Positions 1-11,600 of a stretch of DNA of 64,000 nucleotides are shown piece by piece (position 1 is the stretch's first letter; the number at the start of each line of letters is the position of its first letter). The stretch lies in contig JBHGNT010000020.1 in NCBI GenBank assembly GCA_043228905.1, positions 14,756,001-14,820,000 on the forward strand, written 5' to 3'. Source of the DNA: Azolla caroliniana. Lineage: Eukaryota > Plantae > Polypodiophyta. The position numbers and the translations under genes were made by a program. The notes below the pieces were generated by a model, which worked only from the letters and a program-made list of their open reading frames with translations, did not search any database and had not been told where the DNA came from.

Positions 1-329
1 AGAAGACTAACCTACCCAAATATCAGTTTAAAACAATTGTATTATCAACATAAAATCATATGATAAAATTTGAAACTAATAGATAAGTTATCTAATGTAT
101 TGTTGATCATGATTGTAGGTGAAAAATATTTAAACGTTATGAATTAATGTGGAACTGAGAAAGGACATATAGGCAAATCAAAGACACATAGATTTTATTT
201 AATTTATTTTTCTAAATTCTAACTGTCGGCGTAAATAAATACTTTGGTGTAGAGTAGAACCACTCCGACTTCTAGGAAATCTGTCAGCATGAAACTCCAA
301 TTGCTTGAGCTCCACTTGTTACTTACTAC

Positions 330-1400
330 CTTTTATATTAGTCAACGAGCCTTTGAGATTATGTACAATCTCTGTCCAATCCTAGAAATGATTTGGGCAG
401 GTCCAATGACACATAGATTTGAGTAAAAGAGGGCACAATAATCTTGAATATGAAGGTGTTGAATTAAAGATTCCATGATGATTAAATAAGGTGACAATTC
501 AAGATCATTATAGGTATGGAAACTACTATAATTTGAGTCTGATTAATGTATAGTTTATTACTTACCTATTGTAGTGGTTGTAAGAGCATATGTTAATCAC
601 ATTAAAATTATCTAATCCTTTTCCATTGCGTGCATGTATTGCAACTATTGATGTTGGCAAACTTGGCACTATCTCCTTAACACATTAACGTAATTAAGGA
701 ACAACACATGATGGCCATGATGATTTGTTGGAGGCATCTCAAAAACGATCATATGTGTAGGCAACAAGTGGTAGATTAACATCTTAATGTCACATGGATA
801 TACTATCAAATCTCATGCATGCCATTCAACTGTGTAACTACTTGCAAAGGACTCAACGTTCAAAGGATTTCCTCATCATAGATATGAGATCAACCATCTC
901 TTCTGGCTTGGAAGAACAATGACTATTATTATTTACTCTAATATAGCAACATAGGTGACCAATCCTCTTTTCTTTGTGTAGTAGTGCTACGGAAAGAATT
1001 ACAAATAAGTTATATGATTGTGGCTCTTAGCTATGATTTATTGTGAATTATAATAACCTTACTCAGATTTCCATTTATAACCTATGGTAACTTTAGATTT
1101 CATTCAATATATAAGAGCATTATCTAATACAATCCTTAATTAAGATAAGTTGTATACTAGGTATAGTTTAAAAAAACTTCATATATTTAACAAACCTCTA
1201 GTGTCTATTTGAAAGGCAAGTGAGAAAGTGTGGATCAATCCAATGGTATGTTCTACTTTCATGTGCATGAGTGTTGGATGCCATAAATTCTCTATTGCGG
1301 TGTTATTGAGGTAGTATCCATTGAGCACTCTCTTTATAGTCCTACAGGTGCGAATTGAGGAGTTTCCAATCCAATTTCTTGAAAGGTCTAAGCCATGACA
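330..1400 (-). mobile_element. Highly degenerate Ty1/copia remnants (gag-like at ~1200-1380, RT-like at ~330-500)
   Basis: Minus-strand fragments such as DWKLLN...THAHE..W (Tnt1-type gag-like) and HGIF.STPSY..LL (RT-like); many stops and frameshifts. Confidence 0.3.
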
Positions 1401-1639
1401 ATCCACTAAAATACTCTCTTGCCAATTCTTTGCAAGGCCTAAGCCATGAAAATCCTTGTTTTACTTTCTACACTTATTACATAGTACTAAATGACAATTT
1501 ACAAAGGTCTTATGCCTTTCCTTCACTTCATTCCGTAAGATAAAAGTTCAATGTGACAACATTATATGTTGTGTACTCTAGTTATAAACCTCACATGTTG
1601 CTTGGCCTCATCTAATACATTTTTGGATTCACAAGATTT

Positions 1640-2780
1640 GGTGGTCCCCCTTGGGGTTGGGTTGTCCCAACCCAAGGTGGGTCCTTCTTTGGGACTGGGA
1701 CTATCCCCCTTGGTGAGTCCCTATTTAGATTGGGAGTCTATCCCAGTTGGGACAACTTAGGCACACCACAAATGGAGGGTTCCCATAGCTAGCTTAAATG
1801 AATTAATTCAGTCTTGGAAGCAACATGATTCTGCATATCGTATTGTTCCCAATCCTGTAACTCATGTTTTGTTGAAGAATTTTACGTTAGGTAACCATTC
1901 CCACATTCTGAGATTCACTTTCATTGTCTCCTACTCTCTCATTATCAACTTGGCTCGAGGGAGTGTGTGCCATTTTGCTTTCTCCCTCCCCTTCGATGGT
2001 TTTGGGGAGTTGTCCTGACTTAGATCTCAGTTATCTCAACTCCAAGTGGAGGATTGTGGTTTGTCCCGATTTGGGACGGTTGCTTTTACATTACTATGAT
2101 TTGTGTCCTTATGGATCTCCTAACCATGTTTTCTTGTGGTTTTGAGACCCCCATAATAGTTGGTATTAGAGTAGGAACACCGGTTGGGAAAGGACATGAT
2201 GCCAAGGAAGGAGGAGGTGATTCAGGAAAGAAAAAGAGGAAGAGATAGAGTGAAGTATTTGAAAATCGGCCACAATCAGGAAGCCACAAAAGCAAAGGAA
2301 TGAAGTTGAGATTGTGGTGGCACAACTAGGGAAGATCCTAATGAAATGTGCTAGAGTTGTGGATCATCGGCATGGAGAATTACTTAGAGTGGTCTTGGAT
2401 GTTACCACAAGATTGGGTGGTGGAAGAAAGTAGTGTTTTGGAGGACGACATCGAGGAGTGATACCTTTGACAAAGGATTAGGAGGATTTCAAGCTAGAAG
2501 TGCGGAAGCAATTCATACCAACTAATAAGACCTCAATGAGGATGGAGGATTTTCCCTCAATCAATTATGAAATGAGACCCTAAGGAAGAAAGGGATTCTT
2601 CTCAAGTGTCAAGAGTACAAATGGACACCACGGTCATGACTGAGATGGAAATGATGGACTTTAGCCAACCAACTAGATCAAGCAAGAGGGGAGCTCAAGA
2701 TTGAGGAAGAGATCATCCAAGAGGAATGGAATGATAAGGTCGAGATCAAGGTGGAAGTAGAAATGACCAAGTTGGGAGAA
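1640..2780 (+). mobile_element. Ty3/gypsy relic (family X): rearranged 5' LTR (~1640-2158), PBS and gag fragment
   Basis: 1893-2155 resembles LTR 8054-8330 directly; 1640-1790 is an inverted copy of 7815-7970. tRNA-iMet-type PBS tggtattagag at ~2162. gag-like EDFKLEVRKQFIP at ~2483-2520. Confidence 0.6.
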
Positions 2781-5700
2781 CAAACGATTGTGTAGCAGAA
2801 GGTGTATACATGTGTGTGTGAGAGAGGGAAAGAAAACGGAGATTATACGTCAGAGAAAATAGTAAAAAATTGTATTATCAAGAAAAAATAACAACCAATA
2901 GTTACAAAGAGGAGGAGAAGGTGCTTATGTAGTAACCTTATCTCTGTGTTCTCTCACTACCACCACATGTTGGAAAAGAGGTGGAGACTTAACTACCTAC
3001 TAAATATGTTTCATTGGACTTAACTTCTATGACACTTAGTTTATGATACAAGGATGTGGGATATTCACACACTTGGGTATTCCAAAGTGGTGTTCCAACA
3101 CTAAGGAAGTTGAGTTTGATTCTCAAAATGCCCCTTCAAATGCAACTTCCAATCATTGAATTGCTGATTCGAACTAGTCTTCAAGTGGGTTCAAGTTGGC
3201 TCCAGGTTCGGCTATGGCGACTCTTACTACTCTGTTTGACGGGGTATTGGCCCATTTCTTACCCATTCCTTATTCTATACTCCCCCTCAACCTCAGCTGG
3301 TTGGTGGTCCAAAGACCTAGGTTCATCGGCTCCTAGGGCCTTCGAGAAGATGTCAGTTGTTTGCATATTCGTATTGATGTGTTGCAAGTCACATCTCCAA
3401 CCAAGACACATTCTTCGATGTAATGATAGTAGGGGCTAGGTGGATACAACTCATGTTGTCATAGTAAAGGAGAACCGAATCCTTGATGGGAATGCCCAAA
3501 TCCTTCAAGATTCTCTCCAGCCACATAGCTTCCATGTGGCAACTGCCACACCTTTGTATTCAGCCTCTGTGTTCGATAGTGCAACTGTTGGCTGCTTCTT
3601 ATTGATCTACGATATGGCTCCACTACTGAGGGAGAAGACGATCCTGATGTTGATTGTCTATTAGCTCAGTAGACAGACGAGTGAAAATCAGTGTACCCTT
3701 CAAAATTCATTGTCCCACTTACATAGCGTAACACTCGCTTAACACACTCCAGGTGAATGTTTCATGGTGTTTTCATAAATTGGCTAAGGAGGCCGATAGT
3801 GTAGCTGAGGTTGGATCGAGTAATAGTGTGATAGTGAAGGCTTCCAACTAGCTATTGGTGATAAGTTAGCTCACACTCTTTTGTGCCGAAATCAGCATAT
3901 AGCTTTATATTTCGATCGAGAGGGGTGACAATGGGCTTACACTTTGTCATCCCAAACTTGAAGAGTAGACTAAGGATATAGTGTCATTGGGAGATCAGAA
4001 TGCCGCCAGGAGTCTGTATTACTTCTATACCCAAAAAGTAATGTACCTCCTTCCTATCTCTCATTTAGAATTGGCTGGAGAGAAGCTTCTTAATATGATC
4101 AATATTTTTTCTATTTGCTCTCCCCCAACAACCAAGTCGTCCACATATATGATGATGAATAGTTGTCCTCTAGAGTTTCTCTAGATGAACAGGCAATTGT
4201 CATACTTAGACACTTTGAAGACGATTTGATGAAGATATTAGGTTATATTCAAACGACATGCTCTAGGTGCCTGCTTGAGACCGTAGAGACGCTTTTTGAG
4301 TCGATAGAAAATAGTTGGATGCGTACTCGACTTGAATCTAGGTGGTTGTACCATCTACACCTCCTCATCTAATTTGTTTAGGAGAAAGGTGTTCTTGACA
4401 TCCATCTGATGGAGATGCCATCCTTTTGTTATCGCAAGCATGATCACGATTCAAATGGTAGAAATATTTGCCACCGGGGCAAAGGTCTCTTCGTAATTGA
4501 CCCCATGTGTTTGTGCATACCCTTTTGCCACAAGCTAGGCTTTATATCGATTGATGGTGCCATCGGCATTGTGCTTCACCTTGTATATCCATTGGCATCA
4601 GATTGCCTTCTAGTGGGGTGAAGAGGACACAAGTTCCCATCTCTTGTTTTTGGATAGAGCTTGCATTTCCTTGCTCATAATTTTGACCCATCACATGTCC
4701 TTAGTGGCTTCGGAAATATTTTTTGGTTTCCGAACTATTGCCACCTTCATCATGAATGCATTATGATATTCCACATAGTCATCATAGACGAATTGGCTGA
4801 CCACATTCTTCTCTTGGGTGAACCAATGGAGTTGTTCACCTATCTTCATGGACACTTTTTGGGTTCGTAGTGTCCTCATGATAGGAACATGCAATCCAAC
4901 ATACTCACTCTCGAGTGAGTGAGCAGATTCATTTCCATCTGAGTATTGCTCCCCAGGCATTTTGGCCTTTCATTTGTCCAATTTCAAACTTGGTTGTGAC
5001 ATGTTGTGGTCGTTCGGTGGCTCCTAAGGTGAACTCAATCTAGTTGATATTGGACTCTCCTCTAGTGTGATCATCCTTCTTCAAGTCTTTCTTAAAATCA
5101 GTTTCGATTGGATCGGATGGAGCTGAGTCAAATGTGTACCAGGATGCCCATTCATTGAATACAACATCCCTACTCCCTCATACCTCCCTATTGAGGGGAT
5201 GAAGCACTTATACCCCCTTTGTTCGTGTGAGTACCCCACGAGGATACACATCTCCTACTTTAGATCGAGCTTTTGCCTTTTTTCATCAAGAATATGTATG
5301 AATGTGATAAAGCCGAATATCGTTACATGGGATAGGTTTGGCTTCTTTCCATAGATTTTCTCGTGGGGGGTTACATTGTGCACCAATTCATTAGATAGAC
5401 GTCCACGTTTGCCGCTTCATCCTAGTTCAATTCTCACAAGTTTTTCTTATTCATGATTGCCCTTGCCACCTCCAATAGGTGCCGATTTTTCCTTTTGACT
5501 ACTTTGTTTTGTTGAGATGTGTGTCGACAGGTAAACTCCCACCGAATTCCTTATTGTCAAAGGTATGTTGTGAAGGCATCAAAGAAATACTCTTTATCTC
5601 CATCTGGTTGAAGGTACAGTAACCTCTCATGGATTCTTTGGTTTCTTCCCTTCACTCAAAGCATCCGTGACATCAAAGAAAGGTGGTACCATGGCAGGCA

Positions 5701-7812
5701 TGGGGTGTACCCAGTGTCAACGTTATCAATCATATATACGATGATTGATCGCTTCGCGCATAGAATATACCATATAGCTGATGTTACCCATGAGTGAACA
5801 GTGGGTTGGCGTGGTTAAGTGGTCCTTCGGCCCATGGTTGGGTTTAGGGTTTTGACCGATTGCCTTTTCGACTTTGAGTTTAAATTTCAGAAAGTGTGAG
5901 AAAACTTCACTCTTTTGCCGCATAGGCAATGTCCAGGTGTGCCTGGAGAAGTCATCAATGAACATCACATAATATCAACAACCGTTGAATGTTGTCATTT
6001 GGGTTTGTCCCCATACATCTGAATGTATTACATCCACGACCCCTTTGCTCATGATTCATTCTTATTGAAATAGTTGTCAATGTTGTTTTCCGAGTCATTA
6101 GGCTTTGCATGTACCTGTAATCTCCTTTTCGGTAAACGTCAAGAGTCCAACGATGAGTCCTTTTGATTGCATTCCTTTGAGTTTCTAGATATTGTTGTGG
6201 CCGATCCTTTTGTGGCACAACTCTATGTTGTTGTTGGATCTATGATCCTTGGCAAACATTGCCGATTTCATCTCGTGAGAATTGAGAATGAACATGTAAC
6301 CTTCTCTTTGATCATGATCGATAAGTTAGCCTTCCTTTTCGATGAAGCACCCTCCGTAGTTGAAGTGAACTTGCATGCCCTGTTCCACAATCTAGTTGAC
6401 AAAAACAAGATTCTTCATGATTGTCAAAACATACATGATGTTCTTGATGTAGGTTTGGTTTCCCTCTTCGCCGAATGGGACATTACTAACATGTTGAATG
6501 GGGGGAATCGTGTCATCCCTAGTTTCCACATAGCCGGGTCGACAAACCAGTGTTGTAGTTCTCGGAATCAATGTTCATGAGACGTCATGTAATTGGATGC
6601 ACCCGAGTCGACAAATCATACATTTTCTGAGTTGGTAGTGCTTTTCAAGCATGATGTGATCATCAAGTTTGCTCTACGCCACATCATGAACATTCCACCA
6701 TGATCATCGTAGTTAGTGAGTTGTCGGCTTATGAAGACTGATTCACTTCTCTTCTTCCGACACTCTGCCTTGTAATGGTCAAATTTGCCATACTATCAAC
6801 ACTAGATGGAGTTGTTTTGTCGGCTTGGTTCGGCATGATTGCTCCCCCTTTCACCAGACATTCCACCTCACGTGGTTGCAACATCTTGCCGATACTAGAA
6901 ACTTTGCTTGCGGGGTTGTTCCTAGTTGTGTTAGCCTTTGCCATGTCATCCTCTTCTACCTGACTTTGTCCCTTCCTCCATCCATCCGAGTTTGAATACA
7001 ACATGTGTCCTTGCACATTTTTCCTTGTTTTGACGCGATTCTCTTCGACCAGCAACAGAGACTACAGATCGAAGGAGGGAGGATTCTCCCTCACGAGAAC
7101 GACCGACCTTATTGCGCCAAAATGGGGCATTGAGGCATATCTAAACCATTTCATCGTTGTCAATGTTGACATTGATTGACCCGAGAGAGTCACACAACTC
7201 CATCTTCAAGGTGTAGGTATCAATTGACATATCCCTTTATTGAATGTTCTTCAACTGTTGATGGAGTTTAAGCTTTCGTGCAGTCCTGTTGTCCGCGAAT
7301 ATCTTCTTAAGATTCCCCCATGTTTCCGTCGGCGTTTTGGCCTCTCGGATGTAGTTGAGCATGTCATCATGAATATATGATGCTAGGTAGTACAACACAT
7401 AGCTTGCCGCTTGCTCCCATGATGGGTAGTCGACATGTTTTGGGTTGGGTTGATTTTCCTGAGCTCTTATGATGTAACCCAATATCCTTGGCTGACAAGG
7501 TATTGGTGCATCTTATACTCCCAAGATGCGAAGTTTTTTCTATCGAGTTTCTGGGTAGGAAGAGGACTTCCCATCTAAGTACTAATGATAACTAATTTGT
7601 TTGTAGCAAGTTTTCTTCTTCTTCTTCTTCTCTGTGACTTGTGAGCTTGATATGACTCAAGTGTCACAAACAGGTGGAATGAGGCTAAGTACTAAGAGAG
7701 AGCGAGAGCATAAGCAAGATCACAAGATTGTCAAGGACAAGTAAACAAGGCTCATTATTAAGAGATAGCGAGAGAAAACCTTACCAATTGAGCTACATCC
7801 ATCTATGGCATC
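2780..7812 (-). mobile_element. Ty1/copia retrotransposon, family A, copy 1 (3' LTR ~2780-3128; degenerate gag-PR-INT-RT-RH; 5' LTR lost)
   Basis: gag start MGSPLPTQKLD..NFASWEYKMHQY at ~7573; ORF 7237-7482 (gag); integrase FIDDFSRHTW (5726-5968); RT YVDDL at ~4135-4150; PPT ttgaaggggca next to the LTR; LTR matches 43046-43396 in reverse. Confidence 0.9.
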
Positions 7813-8349
7813 AAGCTCCATGGGATCTAGGTAAGTGTGTTGTCCCTAAGTTGTCCCAATTGGGACACAATCCCAATCTGAATTGGGGCTCTCCAAGGTA
7901 TCCAATCCTAGTCCAAAAGAAGGTGCCACCTTGGGTTGGCACAGACAAGTTCCAAGGGGAACCACCCAACAACTAGGCCAACATCTAGCCACCCCAAAGG
8001 CTAGTCCCAATCGTCATATTTGGCCTATATAAGGAGGATTAATCCTCATTTGCAACCATTCCCATATTTCGAGATTCACTCTCTCCTATTCTCACATGCT
8101 CTTCTTAGATTGAAGGATCGTGTACCATTTTGTTTTCACTGTGTCCGTTCGTGGTTTTAGGAGTTGTCCCGATTCCCGACTTAGTTCCAACTTGTCCCAA
8201 CTCCGAATCAAGATTTGGTTTTGTCCCAATTTTGGAGTTTTGCAAGCTTTTGTATTCATAATGATATATAACTATGATATGTGTCCTAATGGGTGTCCCA
8301 ACCATTTGTTTTTGTGGTTTTGAGACCTAATAAATCTAGGGGCATAATG
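7813..8349 (+). mobile_element. LTR of gypsy family X (5'-truncated), in the intron after the first kinase exon
   Basis: TATA cctatataagg at ~8024; ends ...ggggcataa; homologous to 28521-29059 and 1893-2158. Confidence 0.75.
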
Positions 8350-8443
8350 ACATCCCTCTAACAACATTGCATGCAAGAATCTTGAGTCCTGTAGTTCTAT
8401 TAAAATATAATAAATACACCTATAAATAAAAGGGATGAAATAC

Positions 8444-8676
8444 CTCATTGAGAAATTCTTGTAATCCTTCTTGTGAGGGGTGTGAAATAATTTTAACTGC
8501 TACATCTAAACCATTTGGAAGGTTTCCCTTATACACCTTTCCAGAACCACCTTGACCAAGCACGGCTGAGAAATTATCCGTTGCAATTGACATCTCTTGA
8601 TATGTGAATTGTTGGGCAATATAGGTAGCGTCAATGATGTCTTCTTTCTTAATTAGTACTTTCTCATCAACATTAA
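8444..8676 (-). CDS. RLK copy 1 first kinase exon (subdomains I-III)
   Basis: FTYQEMSIATDNFSAVLGQGGSGKVYKG...VAVK...QEFLNE followed by a GT donor. Confidence 0.9.
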
Positions 8677-11600
8677 CTACACATAGAATAAAACATTGTT
8701 AACTTCCATTCAAAAGTTGAAATTTAAAATCATTAAAATCCATGATAAACATATTAATCCTAGATGTGAATGATGAACCATTTCCAATTGGTATAAAAAA
8801 GACCTAAAGGCAAAAGAAAACCTCCCAATTATTGAGGATATTATAACATACCATGAGGATCTTCGTACTTATATGTTGTAGTTTGCACTAGTTCATTTTC
8901 AATTGTGACATTTTCTCGATTCTTTCTCCGTTTAACAATGCATAGAATTGCTGCTATAATGATAAGAACAAATAGTACGACCCCAACACTTGCTCCAATG
9001 ATTAGACCAATCTTGGGCTTTGTTGAGGATTGGCAATTACCATTGTTTGAATTACATAAAAGGTTATTTCCTTCATATCTATAAATCCATCATTTCAAAA
9101 TATATGTTAATGCATTATGTGTATTATAATGACTTCAAATTTGAAATTTAATAAAGCATACATCTTGACATATATATTATTTGATTTTGTCTCTATATAG
9201 ATCTATTTATATTATATAATTTTCTGATTTCGTTTTGCTATATATACACATTTGATTTATAATACACCAATTTAATTCAGAGTACTAAGATTAATAACAA
9301 CTTGGGCATTATGTAACAGTATCTCATAATACTATGAATTTCCGTGTTAAATACTATGAATGACTTTGTTGAATTGATACTCATGACCATTGTCTTCTTT
9401 CCTCTACTGATTAACCACACAGACAAACATTTCGCCGACTTAAGTTTATAAGGTATCATGGAGCTATTCATCCTACCTAAAACATATGATGGTGTGGTCA
9501 TAGCAATGACCACTTAAATGAAAATTTCCCCTATTTCCATTGAATTTCTCCACATTGCTCCAACAAGAAGAGATTTGGCCGTAATTTTATCAAAACACAA
9601 ACATAGAAAAGGATGGTGAATATTGTGCAGCTTTAGGTGGCCATGTTATAGAGAAGTTTGAATAGGGAAAGATGTAGCATACAAGTTCTTAAGATTGTTT
9701 TGTTTTGTAGGGCTTCTGTAACTTAAATTCCAAAGGATGATAGATCCAAGCTTGATGACAAGTGCGAACCATTTATCTTCTTGAGATATGGTGATGAAGA
9801 GTTTATTTATAGATTATGTGATGATGAGGCTAAACTAGTTATCAAAGGGAACGATGTTGTATTCCTTGAGGGTCAAGCCTTAGTAATGAGTTGATTGAGA
9901 TACCAAATTTCACTCGTGATTTCTCATTAACCATAGATTAAGCCCCTTGAATAGTAATTTAGGGCCGTAGAGAAGATGTACATAACAAGTATGATGACTT
10001 ACTTGATGAAAATAAGTGAATGACTCATAATCAGATTTCACCTCTATAGGGTCATGATATTACTCAAGATCAAGCCCAAGAGGAAGAGTTCAAAATAACT
10101 ATCAAAGGCAAACTTCTAGATATAGTGTACACAAATATGTTACGCTCATAAACAAGGAAGACCTAGAGAGCTTCATCAAAGCTATTACAAATGATATTGA
10201 TGAAAATAAGTGAATGACACATAATCAGAATTCGGTTCTATAGAGTCATGATATTACTCAAGATCAAGCCCAAGACAAAGAGTTCAAAATGACTATCAAA
10301 GGCAAACTTCTAGATATAGTTTACAGAAATATGGTATGCTCATAAACAGGGAAGCCATATAGAGCTTCATCAAAACTATTACAAATGATATGAGACAGAA
10401 ATAGTTGAAGGGCATGACTAATGAAATATTTCAAATATAATCACACCTACAACATTGTAAAAGAATGCTTATACAATCTAAAACAAGTTGTGCACAATTG
10501 GTACAAGAGATGTTTGACTATTTCATGTTAGCTCAAAATAACTATGTATTCTCCAAGAAGTTCTTTGATGGTGAATCGTGATCTCATAACTCAACTCTTG
10601 TATGTAGTTGATACATTTATTGTTGGTCATGATATCAACAAGATCAAGAATTTGAAGACAAAGTTTGGTAGGTCGTTTTTCACAGGCACTAGGGACTGAA
10701 CACTAGAGCAAACAAGACACTTTGGCCATCTCAAGAGAAATATAGTAAGAAGGTTCTTCATATATTCAACATGGGTAAGTGTAAGGCGGTCAAGACATAA
10801 CTTCTAGGTCACATTTAACTCAGTTCTGAATATTGCCTTACCAGAGAGAAAAAACAAAACGATTTAACCTATAAATTAAATTTTTGCGTACAGTAGAGAA
10901 AGAAAATTGCAAACCTATAAATTCTATTTGAAATATTGAAGATGCATTTCTAGTGTTTCCTTTAAATTTCGTAATAAGAAAACTTTGTTATATAGGTACA
11001 CTGATGCTGACATGACTAGTGACAATGACCCTTGAAAATCCATATATGGGTACATTAATGATATTCATTAGGGAAGAATTGTCTTTTCACAATCGAGACC
11101 TTAAAAATAATTAGTATTATCCATAATAGAGGTAGAATGAACCATACGTATCATACATGCATTCGCATTCCAGAATGATTCAATCAAATATGTATGGCAA
11201 ATCATCTCAAAGTTGGATTGGATTGACTAGAGTCTATATTATATATTGATTCACTCTCAACCCCAATAAGTGGACTCTAATCCATTGTGAACCACCAACA
11301 TAAGTATGGTTGCAAATTTGCATTGTATCACGTGCATACCTTTGGGATGCTTCTTAAGAATCAAGACATCTCTAGCTAATTGGATTGGACCCATTTTGGA
11401 TTGAATGAGATAAAATGCTTAAAATAGATAGAGTAGTTAACCTAACATCCACAATTAAGACATTGTCATTGTTAATTAATTTACATAGGAGCAAGTACTT
11501 ATCGAGCAACAACTTCTTAATTTAAGATGCTTCCATATTTCTACTTATTCCCCATAGCCTGGGATGTTTTCTTTGATTTTAATATATATTATATCTTTCA

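Noticed and set aside
3056-6963. Plus-strand ORFs over copia A (and the equivalents at 23990-28336)
   Set aside because: They are antisense shadows of the minus-strand polyprotein
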